Positions 35,669 through 42,140 of a stretch of DNA of 42,140 bases are shown here, one piece after another. The stretch comes from Octopus bimaculoides (taxonomy: Eukaryota). Both the position numbers and the translations under genes were made by a program. The DNA is taken from positions 49,547,397 through 49,589,536 of the forward strand of contig NC_068988.1 in assembly GCF_001194135.2 (NCBI RefSeq), read 5' to 3'. Each line of letters starts with the position of its first letter. Position 1 is the first letter of the stretch. The notes under the pieces are model-generated. The model was not told where the DNA came from, made no database searches, and was given only the letters and a program-made list of their open reading frames with translations.

Positions 35669-35706
<38 letters not shown>

Positions 35707-35919
35707 ATACATACATGCGCACACTCACACATTGTACAATATATTATCCCACAAAACTTTTCAGTCTTGAAAATCGTAAGATGAGACTGATAATCACGGG
35801 TATATCGTGATTTTTCCAATTCCCGACTCTTCATTCATTCATATATATACAATATCTACATACATAATACATACATACGTATATATACAAACACACACAC
35901 ACATATATATATACAGACG

Positions 35920-35950
<31 letters not shown>

Positions 35951-36842
35951 ACACACACGCGCACAAACAAACAAACACAACACACACATATGTACATATG
36001 TGTGCGTCTGGCTGGGCATCTCTGTGAGATTGTCTGTGAATATGTGTACGTGAGCTTCTGTGTGTGTGTGAGTGTGTGCGTGTGTGTACATCAGGCTGAA
36101 TAAATGGTGGGGGTGCTCAATCTATGTAGGGGAGTGTATTTGTTCGAAGCTGATTATTCGATTAATCATTCCGACGCCACCTACACTGATCCAGCACCGT
36201 GTGATAGAGAGCTGCGTTCCATATTTTATTCAGACAGCTTATATTTAGCACTGTATAATTCAATATGGCCTTTAAAAAACAAAAAAAAGGGAAACACGAC
36301 ATGGTACATCTCGAGGAAACTTAGCTGCTGTATCTAACATACCACAATATAGAGCTCTACTCATCATCATCTTTATGTCTTTGTGAAATATATGACTTCC
36401 AGGAAATAGAAGAGAACAGAAATGGGAATAGCGAGGGAATATGAAAAGCAATTAATGATCCTGAGCTGTATTGTTTTATAGTTTAACATCAGGTGAACTC
36501 TAAATAAGCTTTTCTACGGGATTGTCGAATGGATGATCAGGTTCAATCTACAGGTTCATTGTTTTAGGTATAGTAGACCCTTGCCTTATCAGGGATCGTA
36601 CAACAAAGACAAACCTTCAAAATATATGCAACTTAAACTGGAGGGTTCTCTATAGCAATCATCTGCCACAGTATTTTTGGCAAGATATTTAGGGTTTCAA
36701 TTCAGAGTTTTCGTTTCCCGGACAGATATTGTAATTACAAGGATGCATTATTGCCAGTGATCGCTATCTCAACTATTTCTTTATCACTGCATACTATGCA
36801 TTACAACATACAATGTTTTATTAAGTGAAGAGAGTTGTTACA

Positions 36843-37040
36843 TACGAGAGTGTGCTGAAAAGTTCTTGGCTTTAAGGGTGGCACGAAAGGCCTGGTTGGA
36901 GGCTCTACTTTCTGAGTTCTTTTACATGGCTTAGAAAAATAAGTGTGTGAATCTCAGAGAATATGTTGAATAAAATCATAATAAACTGATCTTTTATTTT
37001 CTTTTACCCAAAACCAGGAACATTTCAGCACTCTCTTGTA
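36843..37040 (+). mobile_element. Mariner-derived MITE, copy 2
   Basis: TAcgagagtgtgctgaaaagtt ... aacatttcagcactctcttgTA; colinear with 659-879. Confidence 0.8.
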
Positions 37041-37112
37041 TACTCTGCCTTTTTATCCGTTTGTGAATGCCCCTAGATTCTGGTGATAGATATGCTGAAA
37101 GCAATGGTGTAC

Positions 37113-37358
37113 CAGGGTTCTCAACTACTTTTTGCTTACGGAATCCTTTGATTCCTGTTTTATTCAACTGGTTCTTCATAGTCATTTAATGTATATAAAA
37201 ATATCCTAACGTATTTCTATTATTGAATATTATTAATTTTTTACAATTAAAATATATTGTGTAATGTAGAAGTATAATCAATTAATGCAGATTAATTTTA
37301 ACAACAAATTCTTATATGGTACCTCAAGAGTCGTATGAGCCCCGGTTGAGAACCACTA
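37113..37358. mobile_element. hAT-type MITE
   Basis: Termini cagggttctcaac ... gttgagaaccacta; TSD not recognisable. Confidence 0.65.
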
Positions 37359-37886
37359 GCGTAGATTTTTAAGGGTAGCAGTTACTGTGTCCCTGCACGT
37401 GGGTTTCACATCCCATGCCATCCCAGCTGAAATGATTGGGACTAAAGTGGTGAGTTTATTATTTTTGTTTGGATTGAGTTGGAAGTATAATATCATTTTA
37501 GGATGATAATATTGAAATATTCTGGGGATTGTAATTGTTTGAGGTCCAATACACAACCAGTGGTTGGGACTGAGTTGAGGTCACACTGTTTTCAATATGA
37601 TATTTCAGCAGTGTTTTGATGAATTGTTGTTTACTTTCTGTTGTCCCTGATGGAATAGACATACGATATAAAACATTCCAGTCGTGACTAATCGAACCTT
37701 TTCTTTCACGCATATTTTATTTAAGTGTATCGAGGACTACATCTGATATATCCGAAATTAAAGCTGTACTATATCATTTGCCGGAAACATGACTGTTATT
37801 TGTAGAAAATGCAGTGACCGGGAAAATGCTCCTCTGTTGATTCGGACTGCGTGGCGATGTTGTGTCTGGGACTTTAACGGTTAGTA

Positions 37887-38478
37887 CAGGGGTTCTCAAC
37901 CATTTTTTACCTATGGACATCTTTGATAACTATTTTATTCTGGTGGACCCCCATAGCCATTCGATGTTTAAAAACTAGTTTTATAGAAACGTCTTTCAAA
38001 ATTCACATTTTTTTTTTTTATCACACATTAACTGGTGTGAGTAAAATTATGTCAAATGTTAGAGAAATAAACTTAGCTGTTTCTTGCAATACAGACCAAT
38101 ACATACATCTATGACAAAATGTTTTCATGGACCCTTAAAATAAAACCACAGATCTTCAATTTGCTATTTTGCTTGCATGGATCTTCTTTGATTACTATTT
38201 TATTCTGTAGGACTTCTATCATCATTCAATGTTTAAAAACTAGTTTTATAGAAACTTCTTACGAAATTCCTATTTTGTTTTCCACACATTAACTTGTGTA
38301 GGTTGAACTATGTAAAATGTTGGAGAAAGAAACCAAACTGTTCCTGCAATGCATACCAATACCTACATCTAAAGGAAAAAAAATTCAGTAGACTTTAAAA
38401 CACTATAGTGGATCCTCAATTTACTATTTTGTTGTGGACCTCAAAACATCATATATGAACCCCTACTGAGAACCACTG
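37887..38478. mobile_element. hAT-type MITE with internal ~265-bp tandem duplication
   Basis: Termini caggggttctcaac ... ctgagaaccactg; flanks ggttagta/agttagga (6/8 match, decayed 8-bp TSD). Internal units start at ~37912 and ~38177. Confidence 0.75.
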
Positions 38479-38626
38479 AGTTAGGATGATATTGTGTAAA
38501 TGTAAGTATAGTTTTGTAGTAAACTAGCAGACACGTCTATCCTTTCTACATTAGTGCATGCGGTAGAATAATTTAATGACTACTGTTCTTAACATGGAAT
38601 TGTAATAGTGCACTGAGTCTGCTGCA

Positions 38627-38845
38627 GATGTATCTGGGCAGCAGACAGCATATATCTACCTGCAGTTACGGAGTTTAAATGTTACTGGTCTTAGGATGGT
38701 GATGTAATAGGTTTCTGAGGAGTTTGTCGATGCGTCTGGACAGCTGACAGCGTATTTATACTTTCAGTTACTGAGTTCAAAGATTGCTATTTTTAGGATG
38801 GTCTTGTGGTAGAGATCGGATGATGTTATAGATGTGTCTGGGTGA
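38627..38845. repeat. Diverged 102-bp tandem repeat, ~2.1 units
   Basis: gatg..tctgg at 38627, 38729 and 38831; gacagc, cagttac.gagtt and ttaggatggt are shared by units 1 and 2. Confidence 0.75.
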
Positions 38846-39159
38846 TGAAGCCTCTCTACACTTAGAACTAAAATATATTTCCTTTCTCATTCTATAAGAA
38901 ATATAAGGGAATGAGACTTGAGATATTGATTTTCTATTTCGGTGTTTGAGATTTTATTTTTAATTATTTTGAAGAGGACGGGTAGGACTCGAATTATTTT
39001 TTGAGCCACTATAAGTGGTGAGAGACTGGGAGGAATTTGTATTCAAATCAGATTCCTTTTCAAAATTTTTGCAGCACGCTCTTAATGGACAATGATCTAA
39101 TGAAACTAGTAGCGTACTACGCCTGGTCTAAGAACAGGAAAAGTCCATCAAAAGGGCTT

Positions 39160-39290
39160 CACAAAATTTCTATCTAGTAAATTTCAGTCTCGAGTCTTTT
39201 GTCGCGTGAAACTATAGCAGAAAACACTTACCCAGGGTGATGTGCAACGGAATTGAACTTGAAGCCACGTAGCTGCACACATTGATGTAA
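39160..39290 (-). mobile_element. Degenerate SINE family 2 module C
   Basis: actatagcagaaaacacttacccagggtgatgtgcaacggaattgaac resembles module C. Confidence 0.55.
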
Positions 39291-39911
39291 ATAGCGGTAT
39301 CTTTATTTTAATGCTTAGTCGGAAGGAGGATTGGTGTGGTTATATACTTATAGTTCTAAGGTTCCCGTGAGCCTGCAGGAGGGCTGAGGAATTAGAGAAA
39401 GTTGATACGGTTAGCTTCTAGTCTGAAATATTGTTGGTGAAAGATGTGAGGGGTAAATATTAACTGGATAAATGTTTATGAGGAATGTATGGTAGGAAGA
39501 TAAGGTTATGGTTCTGGTGCGTAACCAACTCCAACTCGTGGCTTTCTATTCGTTTTCTATTGCTTTTATGTTCGTGCTATTGCTATTGTTTAGTCTCGGA
39601 TCAGCTTTGATGTTGTGTTCTTGATGCAACATCTATTGTTGTTGTTACTACTAGTGAAGTTGTTACTATCGCTGCTGTTGCTACTATTGATGATGTCGTT
39701 ACCTCTGCTTATGCTTGTTATAGTTCTTAGTACCGTTTTGTACTCGTTGTTCGTTGTTGTTGTCGGCGTCTTAATAAAATATTATAGACTATTGTTACAT
39801 TTAAGTTCAAACTAACTTCTAATAATCACTCCAGATATCAATAAAAAAACCTATCAGTTTTATATGCCTATGTCACTTGTGTTATGTATTTTAGTATTTG
39901 ACAGTGGTTGT

Positions 39912-40598
39912 CAGTGGCGGTTCGTGTATAAGAACTGCGGAACTGCAGCCCCCCTATTATCGATATTATCGATAGCATTCAATATAATGAGTCCTTTTTT
40001 TCTTTAATCTTTTCTTTATATTTGGACATTATATAATCCTTAAGCTTAATATCAGTAGCCATCCCCTAGTTTGTGAAAAAAATACAAAAATCTTTGTATA
40101 GAACAGTGTGTTTCACAGTTCTAGTGACGCGATGTTTGGTTGTTGTGGGCATGCTCACATGTCCGTGATAGGAAGCTTCACACTAGAGAGAGAAAGCACT
40201 GCATGAACGACAATGCCGGGTGAAAGGTAATGTTTCTTTTTGACTCCGCGTGTGTTGTACTTAAAAACGTGTTTATATTCTTGAATGTGATAAATTGTAG
40301 AATTAGATTATTATCCTGCTCCCAGCGTCTGTGTTGCTGCCAGGATTTGAAAATTAGGGCACATTTCCCCTCCTAATTTTGTGATTTAGGGGGGAGTTTT
40401 GAAAAACAAGAGAGAATTCGTGGCGGTGTTCAGTGAACAAATTAAACACACCACCCGGCAGTGGCCAAAACGCGAACCGATCAAGTTTATGTATAAATTT
40501 TCTTTTTTATGTTTGTCTCCTTTTACACAATAGGAAAACAACGGCTAAAAGTTTTCTGAAGCAGCACCCCCACTAATTTTATCTGCGAGCCGCCACTG
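39912..40598. mobile_element. Non-autonomous hAT-type DNA transposon, 687 bp
   Basis: TIR CAGTGGCGGTTCG / CGAGCCGCCACTG (12/13) with a perfect 8-bp TSD GTGGTTGT at 39904-11 and 40599-606; no ORF. Confidence 0.88.
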
Positions 40599-40807
40599 GT
40601 GGTTGTATATGCAATGTGGTTTGTACGCTGTGTATAAAGGATGAAATTGCATAGAATAAAAGTTGCTGGTGTCATAGTGTCGGATATTCATTATGCATGA
40701 GTTATATGTAGTGTTACTTTATTGGGTAGTTAGCGTACATAATATGCTTTGTGTGCAGAGAGCATAGTGTTTCATTCGTAATATCATAATGACTATAACA
40801 TGCGGAG

Positions 40808-41710
40808 CATGGGGCTGTAACTAGTAACGCCATCTTAATGATTGTAGAACATTGCGGGGCCCTAGAATGGTTATTTTTTATTTAGTTAATATTGTTATTT
40901 AAGGCTCAAAGGCGATGAGCTGGCAGAATCGTTAGCACGCTGGGCAAAAATGTTTATCGGCATTTCGTTTGTCTTTAGGTTCTGAGTTCAAATTCCGCCG
41001 ACTACAATTTTGTCTTTCATTCTTTCGGGGAGCACTGAGGTTTATGTAATTGACTTGACCCACTTCCCCCTAAATTGCTGGACGTGTGCCAATATTTGAA
41101 ACTTATATTGAATATATATTGGGCATGGGCTGTAAGTAGCAAATATATCTTAATGACTGTAGAACATAGGAGGCCCTGGAATGGTTATTTAGGCTTTTGT
41201 TAATATGTTATTTAATGCTCAATGGTGACGAACTTGGAGCGTTGAAAAATTACTTTTCGGTATTTCTTCCGCCTATTTATGTTCTCAGTTCAAATCGAAC
41301 CGGCGTTAAATTTCCATTTCATCGCTCTGGGCTCGATAAAGTAAAGCATCAATGCAGAACAGAATCGGTGCTATTGTCCAACCCTTCTCTCAAAAATGCT
41401 AGCAATGTGCCTGAATCAGGCCACATCATTTTGTCATATTTAGTATTCCAGTTACCATTAGAGTTGTTTTTGCTCTCTACTCTAACATCATGTTTATTTC
41501 AATTTCTTTAACAGTTTCTCCTGGTGGAATTTCAAGAATCGTTAGAGCGTCGGACAAATGACTTATAGTACTTCCTCCGTCTCTTTATGTTCTCAGTTCA
41601 AATTCTACCGGTGTCGAATTTGTCTTTAAACCTTTCAACGATGACAAAATCACGGACTGAAGTCGATGCAATTGACTGTCTATTCAAAATTTCATTCTGT
41701 ACAAAAACTA
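40808..41710 (+). mobile_element. ~316-bp tandem duplication containing a SINE family 1 copy, plus a third degenerate SINE
   Basis: gggctgtaa..tcttaatga.tgtagaaca..gaatggttattt at 40808 and 41124; SINE bodies at ~40905-41105, ~41215-41420 and ~41515-41710. Confidence 0.7.
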
Positions 41711-42072
41711 GAAGTAGTTATTAATTATGTGCTGGGGTTCTGGGTTGGCAAAATGGTCAGAGAAGTGAAAATATACGCTGTGTTATTTTTTCCCTCCCTT
41801 TGCCTTCTTAGTTCATATTTTTCCCTCTGGACTCCATAAAATAGAGTATCAGTCAAAAACTGGAATCGACGAATCGGCTAAACTACACCCCAGATGAATT
41901 GCCATGTGAAAGTGTTAGACGTAAAAGTAGAGAAACTGCAGAATTGCTGGAGCGTCAAACAAAATGTTTTACATTTTACATCCCGTCTCTTATCTTTTAC
42001 CTCTCCCACCCCACTGCTTGTGCGCGCACACACGTACATACAAACATACATACATACATACATAATACATAA

Positions 42073-42103
<31 letters not shown>

Positions 42104-42107
42104 TATA

Positions 42108-42140
<33 letters not shown>

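Noticed and set aside
345-42084. All ORFs in the supplied track as host protein-coding genes
   Set aside because: They translate microsatellites (YI, CV, HT, LS, poly-X), N gaps or SINE bodies. Only the transposon-derived fragments listed as features have protein-like motifs.

Overview
This is AT-rich animal genomic DNA with dense microsatellites and many N gaps, taken from a draft scaffold. The repeat repertoire looks like Octopus (inference from recalled SINE sequences, not a database hit). I found no intact protein-coding gene or convincing host exon: the ORF track is almost entirely microsatellite, gap or repeat translation. The window is dominated by tRNA-derived SINEs of two modular families, one of which forms ~217-bp head-to-tail arrays. 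It also contains Tc1/mariner relics and MITEs, hAT-type non-autonomous elements (one with a perfect 8-bp TSD), a Helentron/HINE-like element, a CRE-like retrotransposon fragment, and a Penelope-like GIY-YIG relic between inverted pseudo-LTRs. The two most notable signals are RNA-level. First, a ~350-nt structured segment at ~1205-1560 carries eukaryotic RNase P RNA motifs in the correct order (probably a degenerate copy) and lies just downstream of a type I hammerhead-like motif. Second, about ten minimal or degenerate hammerhead motifs of the Penelope type are scattered across the window, several inside foldback structures. All folds and translations were done by eye.
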